A stretch of 32,378 nucleotides of DNA from an uncultured Oscillospiraceae bacterium (GCA_964573365.1 CAZNJN010000001.1:1-32378); one strand, 5' to 3'; shown: positions 8,699 to 16,827, counted from the first letter of the stretch. The notes: a model not told the origin generated them from the letters alone. Translations and numbers: made by a program.

Positions 8699-9073
8699 TC
8701 AAGCGCGGAAAAGTCGGCGTTTTTGATAGAAATTTTTTCGTTTTTCCCAATAGCCTCGTCCTTTTCTTTCGTTTGAGTTTCTCGCGGAAATGAGGGAAAG
8801 CGCCAAGCGGAAACGCATTCCCGTGATAACGATTACGGGAATGCGTTTCAGCTTGGCGCTTTCCCTCATTTCCGCGAGAAACTCAAAGCCATTTTTCTTT
8901 GGCATGTTGAGATCGAGTAAGACCAGATCAATCGACTCTGCAAGCTCCTGCAGCGCGTCCATCGCCTGCTGCCCATCCAAATAAGCAAGCAAATCAAATT
9001 CCTCGCCAAGAATCTTGTCGAGGAGCATTTGATTCAACTTTTCATCTTCCGCAATGAGCAGCTTTTTTTTCAA
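8699..9073 (-). CDS. Response-regulator receiver (REC) domain fragment, truncated after beta4 by the palindrome
   Basis: KKLLIAEDE..., the phospho-acceptor context LVLLDLNMP, and RIPVIV are present. After that the sequence is the inverted copy and then junk, ending at the stop at 8699. The likely start is TTG 9073 (SD AAGGTGG 5 nt upstream); the ORF-track start is GTG 9082. An A8 homopolymer lies at 9063-9070. Confidence 0.7.
   Translation of the reverse strand: MKKKLLIAEDEKLNQMLLDKILGEEFDLLAYLDGQQAMDALQELAESIDLVLLDLNMPKKNGFEFLAEMRESAKLKRIPVIVITGMRFRLALSLISARNSNERKGRGYWEKRKNFYQKRRLFRA
8772..8887. repeat. 116-bp near-perfect palindrome (inverted duplication) inside coding sequence
   Basis: 8772-8827 is the reverse complement of 8832-8887. 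The arms are 56 nt with a 4-nt spacer (8828-8831), and the only mismatches are at 8809/8850 and 8825/8834. Confidence 0.95.
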
Positions 9074-9110
9074 ACATGCCACCTTATTTCTGCTTTGAAA
9101 GGCAATTTGC

Positions 9111-10760
9111 TTATTTTATTAGATCAACAAACTCATATGCAGGCAGCGGCTTGGAAAAATAGTAGCCCTGCCCTTCTTTGCAGCCGATGCTCTTAAGGTA
9201 CTGGTAATCGTCCTCCGTTTCCACACCCTCGGCAATAACCTTTAGACCCATGTCCTTCGCCAATTCTACAATGAATTTGATAATGCTCTTGTTGCCCTTC
9301 ACAAATAGATTGTTTTCCAGCGAACGCATGTCGAGCTTTAATTCGTCTACCGGAACTTTGCTGAGCATATTGAGAGAAGAATACCCAAGCCCGAAATTGT
9401 CGATAGCGATCACAAAGCCGGAATCGCGCAGCTTTTTAATGGCGTCAAGCATGACTTTGGGATTTTGCGTATATACGGTTTCCGTTAGCTCCAGATGCAG
9501 ATAATCGGTGGAAAGACCGTGTTTTTTCACAATGCCGGTCAGCAGCTCGGGTAAATTCGGATTATAAAGATCAACCCAAGAAATATTGACGGAAATCGGC
9601 ATGATCTTAATGCCGCGTTCACGCCAGCCCTTCAAATCGGCGCATACGAGATCGCAAATTTCCGCATCCATTTTCGCAATAAAGCCGTTGCGTTCAAAAA
9701 TGGGCAGGTAACTTCTGGGAGGCATAACTCCGCGTTCGGGGTGTATCCACCGGACAAGAGCCTCCGCTTCTATGATCTTACCCGTCGTCAAATTATATTT
9801 AGGCTGATAATACGCGTGAAACTGTCCGCTTTCAAGCGCACTCTTCATCTCATAGGTAATCTGTTTTTCTTCCATCACCCTCTGATAGAATTCTTCATCA
9901 TAGTACACAACGGTATTGTCTCGTTGCTCTTTTGCATGGTCGAGCGCAGTCTGCGTCATTTCGCACATTTCGGAAACGGTATAAAGTCCTTTATCGACTT
10001 TATAAACTCCATAGAACGAAGAAAGGTTGAAGTCGAGCGGATAATGCGCCAAACCTTCGTCAAGGACACGCACAAGTTCTTTTTCATCACCCTCTTCATC
10101 CACGGGGCAAAGCATGATAAGCCGCGCTTTGTCTGTTCTTCCCGCAATGCCGCCGGTTCTCCTAAGCGCTTTTTGGATCAATCTTGAGAGGAAAATCATA
10201 AGCTGATTTCCTTCCTCAATGCCAAACATATCTCCGATTAGGTTGAAATGCTCGATCTCCATTGCCACAAGGTAGAAAAACGGATGTTCGTCGCTCTCGA
10301 TCAGTTTTGCGACGCGGCTGATGAAGGCATCCTCTGTATAAAGTCCGGTGACGCTGTCTTTTTCGACCTTCGCTATAAATGCGGCGGCTTCGCGAAGCCC
10401 GATGAGGTTATGAAGGCGATGCTTAATTATCTCAGGATTATACGGCTTTGAAAGATAGTCTGATGCACCCAAGGCCAGCGTAACCGGTCCTGACTCCGTA
10501 TCGTCTTGCTGCGTTGTGACAATTACAGGAATCGAACAAAGCTTTTGATCCGCCCGAACCGCGCGCAGCACTTCATAGCCGTCCATTTCCGGCATAAGAA
10601 GATCCAGGAGCATAGCCGATATCTCATCGGACTGCAGCTTGAGTATTTTCATGGCCTCGCGCCCATTTTCGGCTTCGATGATCTCGTACTCATTGCACAA
10701 TACGGCATTGAGAATCTTTCGGTTTATGCTGTTATCATCCGCGATGATTATTTTTCGCAT
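9111..10760 (-). CDS. Response regulator with REC, degenerate GGDEF and EAL domains (putative phosphorylation-controlled c-di-GMP phosphodiesterase)
   Basis: - REC: IIIADD, LLDLLMPEMDG, SDYLSKP.
- GGDEF fold has R-T-D-K-A at the signature position (10125-10139).
- EAL: ELTET, IDNFGLGYSS, KLDMRS, EGVET, QGYYFSKP.
- ATG 10760 is preceded by GGAGGATGAAGGA. The ORF-track start at 10775 is TTG. Confidence 0.88.
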   Translation of the reverse strand: MRKIIIADDNSINRKILNAVLCNEYEIIEAENGREAMKILKLQSDEISAMLLDLLMPEMDGYEVLRAVRADQKLCSIPVIVTTQQDDTESGPVTLALGASDYLSKPYNPEIIKHRLHNLIGLREAAAFIAKVEKDSVTGLYTEDAFISRVAKLIESDEHPFFYLVAMEIEHFNLIGDMFGIEEGNQLMIFLSRLIQKALRRTGGIAGRTDKARLIMLCPVDEEGDEKELVRVLDEGLAHYPLDFNLSSFYGVYKVDKGLYTVSEMCEMTQTALDHAKEQRDNTVVYYDEEFYQRVMEEKQITYEMKSALESGQFHAYYQPKYNLTTGKIIEAEALVRWIHPERGVMPPRSYLPIFERNGFIAKMDAEICDLVCADLKGWRERGIKIMPISVNISWVDLYNPNLPELLTGIVKKHGLSTDYLHLELTETVYTQNPKVMLDAIKKLRDSGFVIAIDNFGLGYSSLNMLSKVPVDELKLDMRSLENNLFVKGNKSIIKFIVELAKDMGLKVIAEGVETEDDYQYLKSIGCKEGQGYYFSKPLPAYEFVDLIK

Positions 10761-10949
10761 TCCTTCATCCTCCAAAGTGAAATCATTGTCTAAGCAATGT
10801 TGTTAAATTCGCATGAAATTTTATTGTTCTGCTGCCATGACCTATATACTGCAGTTTATTCGCCCAGTATATCTATACATATTTATACTAATGCATTTTT
10901 CTTTCTTATGCAACAGGATTTTCCAGCGTGTCCCATCTCCCTTTTTCGT

Positions 10950-13900
10950 TCATTCCTTCCTGTCGCTTTGTAGCTTTTGCAGAACCTCCCTTATTTTTTC
11001 AATATCAATCGGCTTTGTGACATACGCGTTCATTCCGTAGCTGAACGCTTTCTTATGATCCTCCGGAAATGCGTTAGCAGTCATCTCGATGATCGGAATA
11101 ACCGCGGCTCTGGGATGCTTAGATTCTCTAATCGCGGTAGCGGCTTCATAGCCGTTCATAATCGGCATTTGAATATCCATAAAGATAGCCGTATATTCGT
11201 TTTCCGCGCTGGCTTTGAATTTTTCCAGAGCCTCCGCGCCGTCTTTTGCAAGCGTCACCTTGGCTCCCTGTTTTTCCAGGAGTCTCATAATGATCATTTG
11301 GTTAATCACATGATCTTCAGCCACCAAAATGTGCTTTCCAGTAAAATCATATTCTTTCGTTTCCTGATTTTTTGCCTTTTCCTTACTCAAGCTGCCGCCG
11401 GGCGCTTCTTCGTCAATTTTTTCCGGCATATCCACAATAAAGGAGGAGCCTTTCCCAAGCTCGCTTTCCAATCGTATTGTGCCGCCGCGCGCTTCCACTA
11501 TGCTCTTGACAATCGCCAGTCCCAGTCCTGTCCCTTCCGCCATCTTCTCTCCATTCTTGTCTCTTTCAAAAACCTCAAAAACGGCGTTCTGTTTTTCTTT
11601 TGCGATGCCGATACCTGTGTCCTGCACGACAATGCGAAGCTGGATCATTCCGGGATCGGGCGTGCGCATTTGCGAAATCGTCATCGTAATTGTACCCCCC
11701 TCGGGTGTGTATTTGTTCGCGTTACTTAAAAGGTTGATAATGATACGGCGGAATCTGATCTCGTCTTCAATAATGTTGTTGAAGATGTGTCTTTCCCACA
11801 CGATGGAAAACTTTTGTTTTTTCTGTGCGAAAAGCTGCCGCGTCATTCCCTCTATGGTTTTGATCTGCTCCTGCAAGTCGATTTTTTCATCCGCGAAAAC
11901 CATTTTTCCGCTCTCGATCTTGCTCATGTCCAAAATATCATCGATCAATGAAAGCAAATGCTTGGACGAGCGCCGAATAATGTCCAGTCCTTCTTTTACC
12001 TTCTGCTCATCGCCGGCCTCATCCTCTAAAAGCTTCACCATTCCAATGATCCCGTTCATCGGAGTGCGTATGTCATGGCTCATATTCGCCAAAAAACGGC
12101 TTTTCGCGTGCGTCGCCTGCTGTGCGTTTTCAAGCGCAATGTGTAATTGTTCGCTTTGCTGCTCCTGCTCGCGCAACACTTCCGTTACATCCACGACCGT
12201 GAGTAGTGCCGTTGAAGTAGATGCGTCATAATCGGCAAAGCGTAGGTTTTTGGCCTTTAACGCTTCCTCCTCCGCTTGTACATGCAAGAGGATCTCATAG
12301 ACGCCCTTTTCCTCCAGTGCCGCTACGACCCGTTCCGCTTGCATATTCTGCAAAAAAGCGTCCTTTTCTCCTTGCCGCGCACAGGCTTGAGCATAATAGC
12401 GGCAAAGAGCGGCATAGGAATTCTCCTTTGAGTCAAAATCAAAGCGTTCCGTATTGCCTGCGAATATCTTGATTCTGCCGGTCTTGAGATTGAGGTGTCC
12501 CAGCATATCATAATCGCAGGAAACCGCCGCGCTGACCACCTGCTCCGTAATTTTTTGCTCTGTAATATCCGTTACATATATAAACGCAATAACGTCCTTT
12601 GATCCCGGGGGCTTCATGAATTTTATCGCCAGATGCGTCCACAGTTCTTCTCCGTTTCCCCGTAAGAAGCACAGATCCGTATACGGGTCCTTCCGGCTGC
12701 GGTAAGCATATGCGAGCGGCTTTTGTTTAAGCATCATGCGAAGCGCATCCCTTTGCTTTTCATTGGGTATATTGGCGCATAGGCTCTCCGTAACGCTCTG
12801 TATAGTTCTTACGTTTTGATCTTCTTCGGGTTCGGGAAAAATGCTTTGCTGATAATCCAAAAGCTGCATTTTTGAAACGTTGATCGACGCATAGGCGATT
12901 AAATCTTTAATCAGGCTGCCCTTTCGCTGCACTTCTCTTTCATAGCGTTCCTGCGCGATACGGCTATCATTGATGTCGCGGATGCTTCCCCACGCAACGC
13001 TCGGTTCACCGTTTGCATCCTTGAAGACCGTATAGGCGATGCGCATCCATCCACCGCCTTTTCCATCGACGTTGACGCGTCTGAAATCGCCGGTGACTTC
13101 ATTTTCTCCGCTATGAACCCTATCGTAGATTTTTTGGAAAGCTTCGATATCGTCCTTGAAAATATAGCCCTTTTCCACCAAAATATCGCGCGGATTTGAA
13201 ACCATAACGCCCATTGCTGGCAGAATTTTTCTGTTCTCATCCTGTATCAGCATCCGGTTTTTAATATCATATATCCACACATTGATATTCATTTGCTGCG
13301 TAGCGACCAGAAATCTGGATTCCAGCTTTTTGTAATCCTCAATCGGCACGGCGGAGCAAACATATTTTTTCGCTATACCGTCGCGCCCATAGAGAGCGCG
13401 GAAGCAAAGGCGATACCACTTATATTGCTTCTTCACGCGGATCAACGCGTCAAAGGTAACAGAAGGGACGCCGCTTCGCATTGCGTCAATCGCTTCTTCA
13501 CATTTTTGATCCGCTTCCTTTTCAAATATACCCGTTGCAAACCAGCAGGCAGGCCAATTATACACTTCCTCTGCGCAATCGCAGTTTATTCTGCATAGCT
13601 CCGCCGCGACGATACGATTGTCAGACGGATAATAATCCCATATCATCATGCTTGCGCCCTCGACCGCAAACACAAGTCGCTGTTCATTTTCCCAAAAAAT
13701 TTCCTTTTGGCGCATTTGTTCGTTGATATCCGTGTAGGTATTATACAAAACAAGCCGGCCTTGTTCATTTTCGTATACCGAGGCGTTTACGCCGCACCAG
13801 ATATAGTTGTTTTTCTCGTTTCCGGATATCCGGTACGCGGCCTTAAAGCCCTTTCTATTTTCAAGTGCGTCGGCGTAGCACTTTCGCACGGCTTCCAAAT

Positions 13901-15065
13901 CATCAGGATGCACGCCCGCCTCAACACCGCTTTTTCTCATAAATTCCTCGCGTCGAGTCTCGTCGATTTGCAGCATACGGCAAAAGCCATCGCTTAAAAA
14001 CTTCGTCTGCAGCTTGCCTTCTTCGTTCTGCTCCAGCACCAAAAAGCCGCCTTCGATGCTGCGAAGCATCGTATCGGCTTTAATCTCCGCTTCTTTTCGC
14101 TGTTGTATGTCCGTAAAGACGCCGATAAGAATATGGCAATCCTCATTACGCTCGGCGACGGACGCATTCAGATTGAGCCAATGATAACCGCCCGTTTTAT
14201 TTGCGATACGCAAATCGTAATTGATATTGCCAAGTTCTTTACTGCAACGTGCAATTTCTTCAAGAAATCTCTCCCGCTCATCAATATGAATCATCGCAAG
14301 GAGCTTATCCTTTGCGTTGCCGTAAAGCTCGGCGCCGCTATAATCCAGCGTACTGCTTACCTTTTCGGATAAGTATATTTTCCTAACGCCTTGTTCCCGT
14401 TCGTATTCAATCACCATAAAGCCGGTTGGAAAGGACTCGTAGATATTCAGGAGGGTGTTTTTTTGGTTTTCCTGTTCGCGCAGCGTATCAATGTAGCCGT
14501 TTTGCACATTTTTGCCAATAAAAAACGCGCATACAGATAAGAGGATGACGGAAGCATGGTAATAAAGATCCGCGCTGCCTATAAACGCTGCCATTTCGTT
14601 AAAAAGCAGACAAACGGAAAACATACAAGTAATCTCTTTTTTATCAAAGATCGGAATGATAACCATAAGGCTGCACAGCATCAGGCAGTTCATGGGCTGC
14701 TCATAGCTTGCAATGTCGTTTAGCATAAAAGGAAAAAGTCCCACCATGAGCATAACCCAAAACGACAAATAAAGCAGCTTGGTTCCGCTGACGCCTCGCT
14801 TCTTGTTGATCTGAATGCCGATAATGTATGTAATAGACGCAGCCACTATAATGCAGGCGCCTAAGGTGGTATACCAATGCCGCCAGCACTTTGGGTCAAG
14901 AAGATTCAGCAGCATAAAAAGGAGCGTCGCCCATGCGATGATCCTAATTCGATCTACGTTGGTCTGTGTCAGGTATTTTTCAAGCAGATCTTCATTGTTG
15001 TTACCCTCTATGCGTAAAATCGCATCGACTGCCAAGGAACTATGATGGTTCTTTCTTTCCGGCAT
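10950..15065 (-). CDS. Hybrid sensor histidine kinase: N-terminal multi-TM region, about five PAS-like modules, HisKA, HATPase_c and a C-terminal REC
   Basis: - H-box SHDIRTPMNG, with the His codon at 12075-12077.
- N box NLLSNANKYT, G1 DTGIGI, G2 GTGLGLAI.
- C-terminal receiver FMDIQMP, with the Asp codon at 11175-11177, and YVTKP.
- ATG 15065 has GGAG at 7-nt spacing. An alternative ATG at 15095 has a weaker SD. Confidence 0.9.
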   Translation of the reverse strand: MPERKNHHSSLAVDAILRIEGNNNEDLLEKYLTQTNVDRIRIIAWATLLFMLLNLLDPKCWRHWYTTLGACIIVAASITYIIGIQINKKRGVSGTKLLYLSFWVMLMVGLFPFMLNDIASYEQPMNCLMLCSLMVIIPIFDKKEITCMFSVCLLFNEMAAFIGSADLYYHASVILLSVCAFFIGKNVQNGYIDTLREQENQKNTLLNIYESFPTGFMVIEYEREQGVRKIYLSEKVSSTLDYSGAELYGNAKDKLLAMIHIDERERFLEEIARCSKELGNINYDLRIANKTGGYHWLNLNASVAERNEDCHILIGVFTDIQQRKEAEIKADTMLRSIEGGFLVLEQNEEGKLQTKFLSDGFCRMLQIDETRREEFMRKSGVEAGVHPDDLEAVRKCYADALENRKGFKAAYRISGNEKNNYIWCGVNASVYENEQGRLVLYNTYTDINEQMRQKEIFWENEQRLVFAVEGASMMIWDYYPSDNRIVAAELCRINCDCAEEVYNWPACWFATGIFEKEADQKCEEAIDAMRSGVPSVTFDALIRVKKQYKWYRLCFRALYGRDGIAKKYVCSAVPIEDYKKLESRFLVATQQMNINVWIYDIKNRMLIQDENRKILPAMGVMVSNPRDILVEKGYIFKDDIEAFQKIYDRVHSGENEVTGDFRRVNVDGKGGGWMRIAYTVFKDANGEPSVAWGSIRDINDSRIAQERYEREVQRKGSLIKDLIAYASINVSKMQLLDYQQSIFPEPEEDQNVRTIQSVTESLCANIPNEKQRDALRMMLKQKPLAYAYRSRKDPYTDLCFLRGNGEELWTHLAIKFMKPPGSKDVIAFIYVTDITEQKITEQVVSAAVSCDYDMLGHLNLKTGRIKIFAGNTERFDFDSKENSYAALCRYYAQACARQGEKDAFLQNMQAERVVAALEEKGVYEILLHVQAEEEALKAKNLRFADYDASTSTALLTVVDVTEVLREQEQQSEQLHIALENAQQATHAKSRFLANMSHDIRTPMNGIIGMVKLLEDEAGDEQKVKEGLDIIRRSSKHLLSLIDDILDMSKIESGKMVFADEKIDLQEQIKTIEGMTRQLFAQKKQKFSIVWERHIFNNIIEDEIRFRRIIINLLSNANKYTPEGGTITMTISQMRTPDPGMIQLRIVVQDTGIGIAKEKQNAVFEVFERDKNGEKMAEGTGLGLAIVKSIVEARGGTIRLESELGKGSSFIVDMPEKIDEEAPGGSLSKEKAKNQETKEYDFTGKHILVAEDHVINQMIIMRLLEKQGAKVTLAKDGAEALEKFKASAENEYTAIFMDIQMPIMNGYEAATAIRESKHPRAAVIPIIEMTANAFPEDHKKAFSYGMNAYVTKPIDIEKIREVLQKLQSDRKE

Positions 15066-15136
15066 GATCCTTCTCCCCGCGATAGTTGGTTTCATTATGC
15101 ATTTTATTTTCCGCTTCTTGGGTCTGCGCCTTCAAA

Positions 15137-15388
15137 TCACGGTAGCAGCGCTTTTAGCATTTTCTCTCTTTCATTCATGACGGCTGCATAAAGAGCGTCA
15201 AGATTGCTGTATTGATGCGCGCGCAAAGGCTCGACTATGTTGCAAATCACAGTAAAAAGCGGCGTAAGCCCCATATTTCCGGCTACGCCTTTAAGCGTAT
15301 GCGCTTGATCAAACGCATGCTCGTACTGTTTATTCTCGATTGCGACTCCTAATTCACCAAACGCGGGGTCATTCTTGAACTCCTTCAA
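15137..15388 (-). CDS. Hpt histidine phosphotransfer domain, C-terminal 83 codons (frame 2 of a frameshifted gene)
   Basis: Classic motif A-H-T-L-K-G-V-A-G-N-M-G, with the His codon at 15299-15301. The ORF begins only at a TTG with no SD and lacks helix 1 of the four-helix bundle. Confidence 0.8.
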   Translation of the reverse strand: MKEFKNDPAFGELGVAIENKQYEHAFDQAHTLKGVAGNMGLTPLFTVICNIVEPLRAHQYSNLDALYAAVMNEREKMLKALLP

Positions 15389-15483
15389 ACAGTCATGTAT
15401 AGGTCTTCATCCTGCACAAACCGTTCCATTGTTTCCTTTACATCCACGCCATAGCTGGATAGTCTGTCCGTCAATTGGCTCAT
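15385..15483 (-). CDS. N-terminal 32 codons of the same Hpt gene, in another frame (apparent frameshift)
   Basis: ATG 15483 is preceded by GAAGGAGGAG. It encodes MSQLTDRLSSYGVDVKETMERFVQDEDLYMTV, the typical Hpt N-terminus (G-[IV]-D, L/M-x-R-F, LY), and stops at a TGA that overlaps the TTG of the downstream ORF (TTGA at 15385-15388). Confidence 0.65.
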   Translation of the reverse strand: MSQLTDRLSSYGVDVKETMERFVQDEDLYMTV

Positions 15484-15594
15484 GCTCTCCTCCTTCTGTT
15501 TGGAAAAAATATTCGTTCTTTTAATTCTTTATGGTCGATGCGAAGTTTTTTGTGATGTAGGCAATGTGATCTCGAAACCGCTTATGTTAAATGC

Positions 15595-15624
15595 ATTATA
15601 TCATATTGTCACAATTTGCCGCAA
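15595..15624 (-). promoter_or_regulatory. Candidate extended -10 promoter of the Hpt-kinase operon
   Basis: On the minus strand: TGATATAAT (15603-15595), with a weak -35 TTGCGG (15624-15619) at 18-nt spacing. It sits about 110 nt upstream of the Hpt ATG. Confidence 0.4.
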
Positions 15625-15648
15625 CTTATTATCACGATTTTTGTCGTA

Positions 15649-16758
15649 TTATGTAAATGAAAGTGAAAGGAGACTTTGGTAGAGTTTGAATCCGCTTTCA
15701 AGTATGCTTTCGTCAAAATCAAAGCGATCCGAATGCAGCGGCGTATTTTCTCCCGTTCCCAAAAAAAAGAATATGCCGGGAGCATGTTGCTGGTAAAAAG
15801 AAAAATCTTCGCCTGTTAAAGACGCTTTTCCCAGCATATGAGGCGTCTGCCGCACCAGATGCTTCATAACTGCGCGGTAAAGCTTTTCGTCATTGCAAAC
15901 TGGCGGATATCCTTCCGAAATGCTCACTTGGACTTTGCAGCCGGTCTTTTTCTGCGTTTCTTGCGCGATATCTTGCAGCTTTTCCCGCATACGCGCATGC
16001 AGCTTTTCATCAAAAGCACGCAGGGTTCCGCTCGCAAACGTATGAGCGCTTATTGCGTTTTGCACGGTTCCGCTTTGCATGCAGCCAAACTTCAGCAGTC
16101 GCTGTTCCGTAAGCGGCTCGATCTTTTGCGCCATTTCAAAGGCTTCGTGCAGAAACAGCACGCCCGCGTAAAGCGCGTCCGCGCCCTCCTCCGCCCTTGC
16201 CACATGCGCGCTCCTCCCTTCGATCTCCAGATCTACAATCCCCGTCTGGGCCATAACTCCGCCAGGACGCGTATAAAGCGACCCGCGCTCCAGCTCCGGC
16301 CAGATATGGATGCCGAAAACGGCCTTCACATGATAGTTTTCAAATATTCCCGTATCGCATATTCCCTTTGCGCCGCCCGTAGTTTCCTCCGCGGGCTGAA
16401 AAACAAGCAACGTATTATTGGGCAACGCTTGTGCTTTATCAATGTACTGCGCCAAAGCAAGCAGCATCGCGGTATGCCCGTCATGTCCACAGGCATGCAT
16501 CATGCCCTCGTGAAGCGACGTATAGTCCGCCTGCGTCTTTTCCGTGACAGGCAGCGCGTCCATATCCGCGCGAAAGGCGATTGTAGCGGGCTTTTTCTCG
16601 TCAAAATAAGCGCAGATCGCACCCCGCAGCGGATAACTGAGGGTGCAGCGCAGCGGCCGCAAGACAGCTTGGACATAAGCGAGTGTCTTCGGCAATTCAA
16701 AACCAATTTCCGGGATCTGATGCAGTTCTCTTCTAAATACCGTTAAATTGCTCGCCAT
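15649..16758 (-). CDS. M20D-family amidohydrolase, probably N-acetyl-LL-diaminopimelate deacetylase (YkuR-type)
   Basis: 369 aa with R-R-E-L-H-Q-I-P-E-I-G-F-E and M-H-A-C-G-H-D-G-H metal ligands. The specific function is inferred only from its position next to lysC-dapA-dapB-dapH. Confidence 0.8.
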   Translation of the reverse strand: MASNLTVFRRELHQIPEIGFELPKTLAYVQAVLRPLRCTLSYPLRGAICAYFDEKKPATIAFRADMDALPVTEKTQADYTSLHEGMMHACGHDGHTAMLLALAQYIDKAQALPNNTLLVFQPAEETTGGAKGICDTGIFENYHVKAVFGIHIWPELERGSLYTRPGGVMAQTGIVDLEIEGRSAHVARAEEGADALYAGVLFLHEAFEMAQKIEPLTEQRLLKFGCMQSGTVQNAISAHTFASGTLRAFDEKLHARMREKLQDIAQETQKKTGCKVQVSISEGYPPVCNDEKLYRAVMKHLVRQTPHMLGKASLTGEDFSFYQQHAPGIFFFLGTGENTPLHSDRFDFDESILESGFKLYQSLLSLSFT

Positions 16759-16790
16759 TCCTGTTTTTCCTTTCCTTCTCCGTTTTCACG

Positions 16791-16819
16791 ATTGTACGCC
16801 ATTTCTATTTTCTTAGCAA
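16791..16819 (-). promoter_or_regulatory. Candidate promoter of the M20 amidohydrolase gene
   Basis: On the minus strand: TTGCTA (16819-16814), a 17-nt spacer, then TACAAT (16796-16791). Confidence 0.45.
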
Positions 16820-16827
16820 GAATTGAC

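Noticed and set aside
8772-8887. The palindrome as an invertible promoter switch (inverton) or as an intrinsic terminator.
   Set aside because: The arms are adjacent with a 4-nt spacer, so there is no invertible segment between them and no recombinase gene nearby. No U-tract follows the hairpin on the transcribed (minus) strand.
10761-10949. AT-rich 189-nt spacer between the kinase and the REC-GGDEF-EAL gene, considered as a site for an sRNA or a small ORF (10813-11040, plus strand).
   Set aside because: I found no convincing promoter with hexamer spacing, no terminator and no conserved structure by eye. The plus-strand ORF runs antisense into the kinase 3' end. It is probably just an internal promoter or UTR region.
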